A stretch of 64,000 nt of DNA from an uncultured Nitrososphaerota archaeon (GTDB lineage: Archaea > Thermoproteota > Nitrososphaeria > Nitrososphaerales > Gagatemarchaeaceae): the NCBI GenBank assembly GCA_963718895.1, contig CAVRAG010000008.1, positions 1,536,001 through 1,600,000 on the forward strand, in the 5' to 3' direction. The position numbers were made by a program, and so were the translations under genes. How positions within the stretch are numbered: the first letter of the stretch is position 1; the number at the start of each line of letters is the position of its first letter. The notes under the pieces were generated by a model. The model searched no databases, was not told where the DNA came from, and was given only the letters and a program-made list of their open reading frames with translations. Below are positions 55,695 through 64,000 of this stretch, piece by piece.

Positions 55695-56216
55695 CTAATC
55701 CTCGGTTTCCCTGGAATCCTTCGTCAGCCTGAAGCTTCCACCCAGAATAGACCTCTGGCTGACCATCCCTATCGGCCGGCCTGCATCGGTGACCAAGAGT
55801 CTCCTTATGTGGTGCTTTGCCATCAGCTTAAGCGCCTCTTTTATCGGTGTGCCTGAGTCGGTCGAGACAATCGTCTGGGACATCACGTCCTTGAGGGAAA
55901 CGCTTGACGCCGGTAGATCCTCGGCCGCTATCTTGTACAGGACGTCCCGCTCCGTCACTATTCCCACATGCTCACCGTTCACCGTGACCAGCACGCTGCC
56001 TGCGTCGTTCTGCCTCATGAGCCTGGCCGCGTCCAGTATTGTGCTACTTGCATCCAGCTTGAGAAGGCTGGTCCTCATGAAGTCCTTCACGGTCAGCTGT
56101 CTCTCTTCTACTCTCTCAATCCAGAACGTTACTGAGTAATGGCAATTGGGGCATTCTTCTGGGGGATTCTCGCCCTCGCTTATGTAAGAACATCTGTAAC
56201 ACTCCCACTTGCCCAT
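55695..56216 (-). CDS. Rubredoxin-like zinc finger plus CBS-pair protein
   Basis: WECYRC...CPNC followed by GIVTERD CBS domains. Confidence 0.85.
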   Translation of the reverse strand: MGKWECYRCSYISEGENPPEECPNCHYSVTFWIERVEERQLTVKDFMRTSLLKLDASSTILDAARLMRQNDAGSVLVTVNGEHVGIVTERDVLYKIAAEDLPASSVSLKDVMSQTIVSTDSGTPIKEALKLMAKHHIRRLLVTDAGRPIGMVSQRSILGGSFRLTKDSRETED

Positions 56217-56317
56217 TATCTTACTTCAGTGAGAGCGATTCGTCTTTCTATATATGTTACTGCCGAGTTTCGCGACTGGAGACCTACTCAACCGCTAAAT
56301 ACCCCGCTTTTCGGGTT

Positions 56318-58666
56318 TTGAAGACGTTGGAAACTCCACCCGTTCCCAAGCTTGAGGCCACAAGCTGGAACCCGGGTCTGGAGGAAGCAACGAGGGTCCT
56401 GTGGGAATCAGAAGAAAGTTTTGAGTTCAAGCCAGGGAACGAGAAGAAACGCAATTTTGTCATAGACACCCCGCCTCCATACCCATCGGGGAAGCCGTGG
56501 CACCCGGGCGCGCTCACCCAATATTCCCAGATAGACATGATAGCTCGTTCGGCCCGGATGAGGAACTACAACGTCCTCTACCCCGTGGGGATAGACAGGA
56601 ACGGGTTGCCGGTCGAGATAGCGACCGAGAGGAAGTACAGAATCCAGCTCAGGAAGACGCCGCGTGATGAGTTCATCGACCTCTGCAAGCATGCGCTCGA
56701 TGATATCGAGGCATACATGATCGAACTCCTGAAGCGGCTCGGAATCTCGGGGGATTTCAAGAACAAGTACAGGACGGACTCCGAGGATTACAGGAAAATC
56801 ACCCAGTGGTCGTTCATAGAGCTATGGAACAAGGGGCTGGTCCACATAGCAAACAGGCCCAACAACTACTGCACTGACTGCGGGACCACAATTGCAGATG
56901 CGGAGATAGAGTATGAGGAGCTCCCGACCTACCTTGTGACGAACCGGTTCAGGGTGAAGGGGGGCGATGAGGAGATACTGGTAGCGACCACAAGGCCAGA
57001 GCTGCTGGAGGCATGTCAGCTCATCGTTGTACATCCAGATGACGACAGATACAGGGGGCTGGTAGGCAAGACTGCGATAACACCGATTTTCGGGAACGAG
57101 GTCACGATAACGACCCACAAGAGCGTCGACATGGCCTTCGGTACGGGCGTCGTGATGATATGCAGCTACGGCGACTATCATGATGTCCAGCTAATCAGGG
57201 AATTCAAACTGAAGGAGGTAGTCGCCATAGACATAGACGGCAAGATGACTTCGGCAGCAGGGAAGTACGCCGGCATGTCAATCAAAGACGCCAGGTCGCA
57301 GATCATCCAGGACCTGCAGGAGAGCAAGCTGGCGACGAGGGTCGAACAGATACAGCACAGGACTCCGTTGTGTGAGAGGAGCCACACCCCCATCGAGATT
57401 ATACCGATGCAGGAGTTCTATCTCAAACAGCTCGACTTCATCCCGAAACTCAAGAAACTCGCAAAGGAGATGAACTTCCACCCAGACATGCACAGACAGA
57501 TACTTCTCAACTGGATGAACTCGCTGACCACAGACTATCCAATCTCCAGGAGACGGTACTATGCGACCGAGATTCCGATATGGTACTGCAGTAAGTGCAA
57601 CGAGCCGCACCTCCCACGGCCCGGGAAGTACTACAGACCGTGGAAGGACCCTGCGCCGTTCAGGAAGTGCAAGAAATGCGGTAACACGAGGTTCATCGGC
57701 GAGACCAAGACGTTCGATACCTGGATGGACTCGAGTATCTCGGCGCTCTTCATAACGAAGTGGATGAGGAACCAGCGTTTCCACCGGGCCACCTATCCGA
57801 CGACGATTCGGACCCAGGGCAAGGATATCGTGAGGACATGGCTCTACTATTCGCTCCTGAGGTGCTATCTTCTCACGGGCAAGGCGCCATTCAAGGACGC
57901 GTGGGTGGGCGGGCTCGGGCAGGATGCCCAGGGACGCGCCATGAGAAAGAGTTTAGGCAACTTCGTGGACCCGGAGCCGCTCCTGCAAAAGTACGGCAGT
58001 GATACGTTCAGGTTCTGGGGCGCGGGTGAAGCTAACCAAGGCTATGACTTCAGGTTGAGCGAGGACAGAGTGGCCGGTGCTGGTAAGTTCCTGACCAAGC
58101 TCTGGAACACCGCGCGCTACATAGGCTCATTCCCGGAACCTGAGTCCGCCACTCTCACAGATTCGGACAGGTGGATCCTCGCCGAGCTGGACAAGCTCAT
58201 CGACGAATGCGGCAAGGGATACGAGGAGTTCAACATGTTCGTTCCCGCTACGAAAATCAAGGAGTTCCTGTGGAACGTGTTCACCTCTCACTATCTTGAG
58301 ATGACGAAGGGTAGAGCCTACGGTGACTCTGGCAACCAGAAGGACCGAGAAGCGGCATGCTACACGCTTCACCGGGTCATGAGGAGCCTGCTGCTCCTGC
58401 TCGCACCCATAATCCCGCACATCACGGACCACGTTTGGAGGAGACTGTACGGCATGGGGTCGATTCACAGGGAGCTCTTCCCAAAGCCCGGCGATCACCA
58501 TGTCCCTGCTGGAGTGACCGAGGCTCTCGTCGAGTTCAACGTCCAAGTCTGGAAGTCAAAGAGGGACAAGGGCATGGCCTTGAAGGAGCCCATCGCGGTG
58601 GAGGTCCCGAAGAAGCTTCACCCCTATCTCTCCGACCTGACCAGGATGCATCACATCACAGGCTAG
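56318..58666 (+). CDS. valS: Valine--tRNA ligase
   Basis: DTPPPYPSG..HPG, ATTRPE, FDTWMDS, QGKDIVRTW, MRKSLGN. Confidence 0.93.
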   Translation: MKTLETPPVPKLEATSWNPGLEEATRVLWESEESFEFKPGNEKKRNFVIDTPPPYPSGKPWHPGALTQYSQIDMIARSARMRNYNVLYPVGIDRNGLPVEIATERKYRIQLRKTPRDEFIDLCKHALDDIEAYMIELLKRLGISGDFKNKYRTDSEDYRKITQWSFIELWNKGLVHIANRPNNYCTDCGTTIADAEIEYEELPTYLVTNRFRVKGGDEEILVATTRPELLEACQLIVVHPDDDRYRGLVGKTAITPIFGNEVTITTHKSVDMAFGTGVVMICSYGDYHDVQLIREFKLKEVVAIDIDGKMTSAAGKYAGMSIKDARSQIIQDLQESKLATRVEQIQHRTPLCERSHTPIEIIPMQEFYLKQLDFIPKLKKLAKEMNFHPDMHRQILLNWMNSLTTDYPISRRRYYATEIPIWYCSKCNEPHLPRPGKYYRPWKDPAPFRKCKKCGNTRFIGETKTFDTWMDSSISALFITKWMRNQRFHRATYPTTIRTQGKDIVRTWLYYSLLRCYLLTGKAPFKDAWVGGLGQDAQGRAMRKSLGNFVDPEPLLQKYGSDTFRFWGAGEANQGYDFRLSEDRVAGAGKFLTKLWNTARYIGSFPEPESATLTDSDRWILAELDKLIDECGKGYEEFNMFVPATKIKEFLWNVFTSHYLEMTKGRAYGDSGNQKDREAACYTLHRVMRSLLLLLAPIIPHITDHVWRRLYGMGSIHRELFPKPGDHHVPAGVTEALVEFNVQVWKSKRDKGMALKEPIAVEVPKKLHPYLSDLTRMHHITG

Positions 58667-59476
58667 TCACTCGAACTTCTTGGACAGCGCCTGGTAGTCC
58701 GTCCGAGAGATCCTCACGTCAATCGAACGGGCGTTCTCCTCGACGTGCGACACCCTCCCTGCTTTGGGTATCGCCACCACGGGGTCCATGTAGGTCACCC
58801 AGTTCAGCATCAGCTGCGCCGGTGTCATCTCGTACTTCGCGAGCATGTCCTTGGGTATCCTGCCGATTGGGATGTCGCCTGTGTCGAGCGGGCTATACGC
58901 TATCACAGTAACCCTCTCCTTCTCGCAGAAGGGGAGCAGGTCGGTCTCTATGGAACGGGAGGTGATGCTGTACCTCACCTGATTCGAGACCAGTTCACTC
59001 CTGGGTAGGGATTCCTGCGCCTGGATTGTCTGCTCGACCGAGAAGTTGCTCAATCCGATGTATCTTGTCTTCCCGGTGGCGACCAGTTCTTCCATCGCTC
59101 TCATGGTCTCTTGGATTGGGATGCGCGGGTTCGGCCAGTGCAGCTGGTAGAGGTCGACGAACTTCACACCTAGCCTCTGTATGCTGGTCTCGCACGACCT
59201 TATAATATCGTCATGGGCGAAGTTCTCCGGAGCGACCTTGGTGGCCAAGAAGACCTCGTCCCTGTAATCCCTTATCGCGTCGCCGACTAGACTCTCCGAC
59301 CTCCCGTGCCCGTAGACCTCGGCCGTGTCGATGAATTTCATCCCGAGCTCTATTCCTTTCTGGAGAGCCTTGATCTCCTCCCTCCGCTGCTCCCCGCTCG
59401 AGTTTCCGAGGGCCCAGGTGCCCATCCCGACTACGGGGATCCTCTCTCCAGTCTTTCCGAGCTCCCTGGATTCCAT
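58667..59476 (-). CDS. Aldo/keto reductase
   Basis: GMGTW, IDTAEVYG, DLYQLHWP, GLSNF, AYSPL. Confidence 0.93.
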   Translation of the reverse strand: MESRELGKTGERIPVVGMGTWALGNSSGEQRREEIKALQKGIELGMKFIDTAEVYGHGRSESLVGDAIRDYRDEVFLATKVAPENFAHDDIIRSCETSIQRLGVKFVDLYQLHWPNPRIPIQETMRAMEELVATGKTRYIGLSNFSVEQTIQAQESLPRSELVSNQVRYSITSRSIETDLLPFCEKERVTVIAYSPLDTGDIPIGRIPKDMLAKYEMTPAQLMLNWVTYMDPVVAIPKAGRVSHVEENARSIDVRISRTDYQALSKKFE

Positions 59477-59583
59477 CCAGTGACTGGATGCATTCCTCTT
59501 GTTTTAGTCTATCTGATGCGAAGACATTGACATGGTTGTGTCGGGAAAGGTTAAAAGAAAAAGGAATAGCTGAGGGCGGGAAG

Positions 59584-60402
59584 ATGCCCATCCTGGAAAG
59601 CCCTACGGATGAAGCGAAGAGGATTATCGAGGTTGCGCGGGAGAAGAAGATAATCCTGAGGCTCTTCGGTGGCGTATCATTCTATTTTCGCTGCCCCTCG
59701 GCGACGCACAGGAGCCTCCAGAGGAACTATGTCGACATAGACTTCCTCGGACACGCAAAGCAATCCAAGGATATCAAGAAGCTCTTCGAGGAACTTGGCT
59801 ACGTGCCTAGGGACAGGTTCAACGCCATGCAGGGATACAGGAGGCTGATCTTCAACGACATCGAGCACCAGAGGCGCGTCGACATATTCTTGGACGTCTT
59901 CGAGATGTGTCACAAGTTCAACTTCAAGGACAGGCTCGAAATCGACGAGTATACCATTTCCCTCGCTGACATGCTTGCGACGAAGCTCCAGATCGTGGAG
60001 ATAAACCAGAAAGACCTCAAGGACGTCGTCAGTATGTTCCTGGATCATGATGTGGGCGGCGGCGACTCCTCCGAGGTGATCAACGGAGCATATCTGGCGA
60101 AGCTCTGTTCCGAAGACTGGGGCATCTACAAGACCTTCGTCACGAACATCGACCACGTCCTGGGCATGATGAACGACTTTGACTTGAATGATGCGGAGAA
60201 GAGTTCTGTTACAGACAGGGTGACGCGGTTGAGGAAGATGATCGAGGACGCCCCGAAGAGCTTCAAGTGGAAGATGAGGGCACGGGTAGGCGAGAAGGTC
60301 CAATGGTACGAGCTTCCTGAAGCCGACAAAGAAGTCGTCGACTCGCGCATCGGCTCTGGAACGGATCCGACCACCACCGGGACCGACTCGGCCACCGCGT
60401 GA
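59584..60402 (+). CDS. Nucleotidyltransferase-like protein
   Basis: LFGG...DID motif; ATG at 59584; upstream of a phosphoesterase. Confidence 0.65.
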   Translation: MPILESPTDEAKRIIEVAREKKIILRLFGGVSFYFRCPSATHRSLQRNYVDIDFLGHAKQSKDIKKLFEELGYVPRDRFNAMQGYRRLIFNDIEHQRRVDIFLDVFEMCHKFNFKDRLEIDEYTISLADMLATKLQIVEINQKDLKDVVSMFLDHDVGGGDSSEVINGAYLAKLCSEDWGIYKTFVTNIDHVLGMMNDFDLNDAEKSSVTDRVTRLRKMIEDAPKSFKWKMRARVGEKVQWYELPEADKEVVDSRIGSGTDPTTTGTDSATA

Positions 60403-60423
60403 GGTTTAAAACCGCCACGAAGG

Positions 60424-61389
60424 ATGTGCCGGACATTGGCAAAGACAAGGCTCTTCTTTGTTACGGATGTCCACGGCTCGGATAGGTGCTTCCGCAAGTT
60501 CATCAATGCCGGCAAGTTCTACAACGCGGGAGTGCTAGTACTCGGGGGGGACATCACGGGGAAGATGATCGTCCCAATCGTCAAGCAGCCAAATGGGAGC
60601 TACAAGTGCGAGTTTGGAGGTACGCAATACGAGTTAAAGTCCCAGGATCAGTTGAACGAGACGGTCAAGAGCATCAAGGACTCGGGGTTCTATCCACACA
60701 TTACAGAACCCAAGGAGGTAGAGGAGCTCTCGGCGAAGCCCGAGCTCGTCCACGAGCTGTTCAAGAAGCTCATGAAGGAGAGCATCGAAGGTTGGATGAA
60801 ACTCGCCGAGGAGAGGTTGAAGGGCACCGGCATCAAGTGCTACGTCTCTCCCGGGAACGACGACTACTTCGAGATCGATAAGGCACTCGATGCGGCGACC
60901 TATGTGATAAATCCAGAGGAGAAGACCGTCTACATAGACGACGAGCACGAGATGATCACCTTGGGGTACGCGAACCATACCCCATGGAACAGCCCGAGAG
61001 AGGTCGACGAGGACGTTCTTCAGCAGAAGATTGACAGGATGATAGCGCAGGTCAAGAACATGAAGACGACCCTCTTCAATCTGCACGTCCCTCCGATAAA
61101 CACGGTGATCGACCAGGCGCCGAAGCTCGATGAGAACTTGAAGCCCGTGATTTCGGGCGGCAATATCGTGATGACCTCCGCGGGGAGCACGGCCGTAAGG
61201 GCGAGCATCGAGAAGCATCAGCCTCTCGCAGGGATACATGGCCACATCCACGAGTCGAGAGGGATGGTCAAGATCGGGCAGACGATGTGCTTCAACCCGG
61301 GCAGCGAGTACAACTCCGGCATCCTGAAGGGGCTGCTCTGTGACGTCGAGAAGGACAAAGTCAAGTCGTACATGCTCACGTCGGGGTAA
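60424..61389 (+). CDS. Metallophosphoesterase (Icc-like)
   Basis: DVHG, GGD, PGNDD, HVPP, HGHIHE. Confidence 0.9.
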   Translation: MCRTLAKTRLFFVTDVHGSDRCFRKFINAGKFYNAGVLVLGGDITGKMIVPIVKQPNGSYKCEFGGTQYELKSQDQLNETVKSIKDSGFYPHITEPKEVEELSAKPELVHELFKKLMKESIEGWMKLAEERLKGTGIKCYVSPGNDDYFEIDKALDAATYVINPEEKTVYIDDEHEMITLGYANHTPWNSPREVDEDVLQQKIDRMIAQVKNMKTTLFNLHVPPINTVIDQAPKLDENLKPVISGGNIVMTSAGSTAVRASIEKHQPLAGIHGHIHESRGMVKIGQTMCFNPGSEYNSGILKGLLCDVEKDKVKSYMLTSG

Positions 61390-61526
61390 GGAGCCTATGC
61401 AAGTGCGCGATGCACAGCAGGCTATGTGACTAGATTTCAAGTTAGACTCCTGGTTTAGTTTCTCAGCCTCGAGACTCCTTTTCTCGCAAATGTCTATATC
61501 TTGAAGCGGCATGATGGAAATCCAAG

Positions 61527-61943
61527 TTGTCAGATTGGATCAAGGATTTGGATGAGTTCATGATTAAGAAGGAGGTCGAGAGGAAACGGGAGGCAGAATT
61601 GTGGGCGGAGACGAGAAAGAGGAACACTACCCTGATTGCTGAGAAGCTTGTTCCAGCTCTAGAGGAAATCGAGGTCGAATTGAAGAAGCATGGCAGAGAG
61701 GTTGTTGTCGGTAGCGGAGTTGACTACGCAAGTATAAGCGTCAGTTTCAAAGGTGCACGTGAGCTTGACCTCGCTATCGACTCTTCGCTCATGGTCGATG
61801 AGATCATCATTGACAGAAAGGGGGGCGGAGCCGTCAATGCCAAGGGCCCACTAATCATGGAGGACCCAAACAAGAATCTTGAGACCGTTACAAAAGAGGA
61901 TGTCATCACGGCTGTAGTTTCAAGGTACAAAGATAGAATCTGA
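61527..61943 (+). CDS. Hypothetical protein
   Basis: 138-aa ORF next to the tRNA-Thr 3' end. Confidence 0.55.
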   Translation: MSDWIKDLDEFMIKKEVERKREAELWAETRKRNTTLIAEKLVPALEEIEVELKKHGREVVVGSGVDYASISVSFKGARELDLAIDSSLMVDEIIIDRKGGGAVNAKGPLIMEDPNKNLETVTKEDVITAVVSRYKDRI

Positions 61944-61948
61944 GAGGG

Positions 61949-62255
61949 ATGTCAACGCGCGTATTGTGGCGTTCGTCTAAAGGATGAAGATGTGGCCACG
62001 CTGAACCAACGCCTCAAGCAGCTTGGGTACAGCTCTCTAGGCGAGCTAGTGGGCGGGATTGCAGCAGGTGTTGTCACGAGCAGGCAGGTCGTCGAGGAGC
62101 TTGCCGACGTGATAGCGGGCAAGGTTGTTAACAATTTGTTAACCTTGCAGCCCCGGCTTGGAGAGTTGCCCGTGGAATCGAGCGTAGGAAGGAGCCTCGG
62201 GCGGGATTTGATCCCACGACCTACTGCTTACAAGGCAGTTGCTCTACCAGGCTGA
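61949..62255 (+). pseudogene. Possible SSV-type integrase N-terminal fragment (intN) overlapping tRNA-Thr
   Basis: RAYCGVRLKDEDVATLNQRLKQLGY... reads in frame into the antisense tRNA (SLGRDLIPRPTAYKAVAL); the ATG at 61949 is out of frame; no intC seen. Confidence 0.5.
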
Positions 62256-62266
62256 GCTACCGAGGC
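62193..62266 (-). tRNA. tRNA-Thr(UGU)
   Basis: GCCTCGG acceptor and ACTGC-CT-TGT-AA-GCAGT anticodon arm; T-loop reads ATCAAAT. Confidence 0.9.
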
Positions 62267-62694
62267 GCGCTGGCAGACGGCTTCTGATTGTCCTTATCTT
62301 CTTTGTCCCTCGAATAGGCAATCATGTCGGATGCGAGAAGCCTCAGGAATCCCCCGAACTCCTCGTCGTGCATCTCGACGTTATCGAACCTCTGGGCCTG
62401 TTTGGCCATCTCGTACGCCAGCAGATGATAACAGGTCAGGTCTCTGCCTCCCAAGACCCTGAAGAAGAAGTGCCGGCAGGAGCAGAACGGCTTCTCGGGG
62501 TCTATGAACTCGTCGCCACTCCGGCCTACCACTGTGAACAAGACCCTGCCGCTCGGATTGAAGACGTGTCTCTTCACACACCCATCGAGGACCGCTTCTG
62601 CGGCCTTCTTGAGATGACCGGGATGATTTGAGCTATGAGCGAGACTGGAGATTAGATCTTCTCTGCTCGGTCCCTGGTCGGTCGTGTCCATCAT
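62257..62694 (-). CDS. SWIM zinc finger protein
   Basis: FCSCRHF...TCYHLLA. Confidence 0.8.
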   Translation of the reverse strand: MMDTTDQGPSREDLISSLAHSSNHPGHLKKAAEAVLDGCVKRHVFNPSGRVLFTVVGRSGDEFIDPEKPFCSCRHFFFRVLGGRDLTCYHLLAYEMAKQAQRFDNVEMHDEEFGGFLRLLASDMIAYSRDKEDKDNQKPSASAPR

Positions 62695-63779
62695 CCCAGG
62701 AACTCTGAGAGTGAACTCTGCTCCTTGGATTCCTCGAAGTCCGCCACTCTAACCCCCACGCGCCTCAGTTCCCCAAGCTCGCTGATAAGGGAGTTCAGAA
62801 GTTCTGACGCAGCCCGGTTCAGTGTTGAAGGGTCGCTGGTCGGCGCTTCTAGTGTCTTGGTGCGGGTTCTCGTGGACAGGTCACTCAGGATGCCGATGAC
62901 TGAGATTGACCTGAAGAACAGGCTTTGCCCGACCACCCTCTTTTGGACGTCGGCCAGAGCAGGGCTGAGTTGTGATAGAATCTCTTCTAAGTTTCGCGAG
63001 TCCCTCTTTAGCGTGATGATTCTGCTTATCTGCGTCGCCTGGCCTCTCTCCTGCACAGGTTCCTCGTCTTCGCCTCTTGCGGAGTTGTGAAGGTAGACAG
63101 CCAGTTTCTGTCCGAAAAGGTCTTCGAGCTGTGATACGTCCTTTCTCGCGAGGTCCCCGATGGTGACGACGCCTATCTCCTGCAACGCCTTTGCAGTCTT
63201 GTCGCCAATCCCATAGAGTCTCTCTACGGGCATTGGTTCCATGAAACTTGTTAACTCCGAGGGTCGGACGACGGTCAGCCCGTCAGGCTTCTTGAAATCA
63301 GAGGCCAACTTCGCAGATATCTTGCTGGGTGCGACGCCCACAGAGCATGTCAGCTTCTCGCGCTGGCGTATCTGCAGCTTTATGCTGGAAGCAATCTCGG
63401 TGCCGACCTCGAAGTTACTCCCGGACCGCCTTGTGATGTCGAAGAAGGCCTCGTCTATCCCCGTCTGCTCCATGACGTCCACACTATCCCTCAGGATCTC
63501 CATCACCCGCTCAGAATATCTCTCGTACTTCTCTCTGTCCATCCGGATGAATGCCGCTTCCTTGCCGGCAAGATGCTTCTTGGCAAAGGCTATGGGGATG
63601 CCCGACCTTACTCCCAGTTCCCTGGCTCTGTAGTTGGCGGTGCTGACCACTCCGCTGTCCTCTGTGCGACCAGAGTAGACACAGACCAGGACGGGAAGGT
63701 CTCTCAGGGAAGGGTTCTCAAGCTCCTCGACCTGCGCGTAGAAGTAATCCAGGTCGAGATGGCCCACCACTCGGGTCAA
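62691..63779 (-). CDS. dinB: Y-family DNA polymerase IV (Dpo4/DinB)
   Basis: HLDLDYFYAQVE, STANYRAR, GIDEAF, SAKLASDFKKPDG. Confidence 0.95.
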   Translation of the reverse strand: MTRVVGHLDLDYFYAQVEELENPSLRDLPVLVCVYSGRTEDSGVVSTANYRARELGVRSGIPIAFAKKHLAGKEAAFIRMDREKYERYSERVMEILRDSVDVMEQTGIDEAFFDITRRSGSNFEVGTEIASSIKLQIRQREKLTCSVGVAPSKISAKLASDFKKPDGLTVVRPSELTSFMEPMPVERLYGIGDKTAKALQEIGVVTIGDLARKDVSQLEDLFGQKLAVYLHNSARGEDEEPVQERGQATQISRIITLKRDSRNLEEILSQLSPALADVQKRVVGQSLFFRSISVIGILSDLSTRTRTKTLEAPTSDPSTLNRAASELLNSLISELGELRRVGVRVADFEESKEQSSLSEFLG

Positions 63780-63825
63780 ACGTTCGGGAAGCGACTCTCC
63801 GCTCGATTTAAGGGTATAAGATTGA

Positions 63826-63985
63826 TGGGGTCGGCCGGATTTGAACCGGCGCTCTCAAGCGTTCTCGAGACAGATTGCTTGCAATCTGTCTCTTCCCGAG
63901 GCATCTTCCGATTGTGTTTGAAGCCTGGACCAGACTAGCCTCGTTGAAAGGGTGTCACCCTACCAACAATCTAGCCGACGACCCC
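63826..63985 (-). tRNA. tRNA-Pro(CGG) with three introns (about 63935-63970, 63903-63917, 63862-63894)
   Basis: Spliced sequence GGGGTCGTCGGCTAGTCTGGTCCAGGCTTCAAGC-CTCGGGC-GCTTGAGAGCGCCGGTTCAAATCCGGCCGACCCCA; the 37/38 intron forms a CTCG/CGAG BHB. Confidence 0.85.
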
Positions 63986-64000
63986 TGAGGCTAGCTCCCC

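Overview
Archaeal chromosome window. The rRNA sequence, aRF1, PriL and BHB-type tRNA introns suggest a Nitrososphaeria/Thaumarchaeota-like lineage; this is inference, no search was run. The right half (about 38-64 kb) is housekeeping: yjjX, korAB, phoU-type regulator, cysS, glycerate kinase, pyrH, aRF1, ychF, priL, queE/queC, valS, dinB and three tRNAs (Leu-CAA with 2 introns, Thr-UGU, Pro-CGG with 3 introns). The centre holds a minus-strand 16S-23S rRNA operon with canonical bulge-helix-bulge (BHB) processing stems and two ORF-less group I introns in the 23S (sites equivalent to L1923 and L2500). The left half (1-32 kb, downstream of the 23S) is an accessory region of surface proteins, a GTPase/GAP1-type conflict operon, a DUF488 module, an esterase and a HerA/wHTH/nuclease module. 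Main discovery: this region is divided into gene cassettes by at least 11 degenerate, same-orientation copies of the 23S rRNA 3' trailer. Their shared core (GGTTCATTGCGCCTCCG) is exactly the 3' half of the 23S BHB splicing-endonuclease site, and many copies sit 0-21 nt after a minus-strand stop codon. The arrangement resembles an integron-like cassette array anchored on the rRNA processing stem, with no recombinase visible in the region. Several single-base frameshifts, including two in korA, suggest assembly indels.
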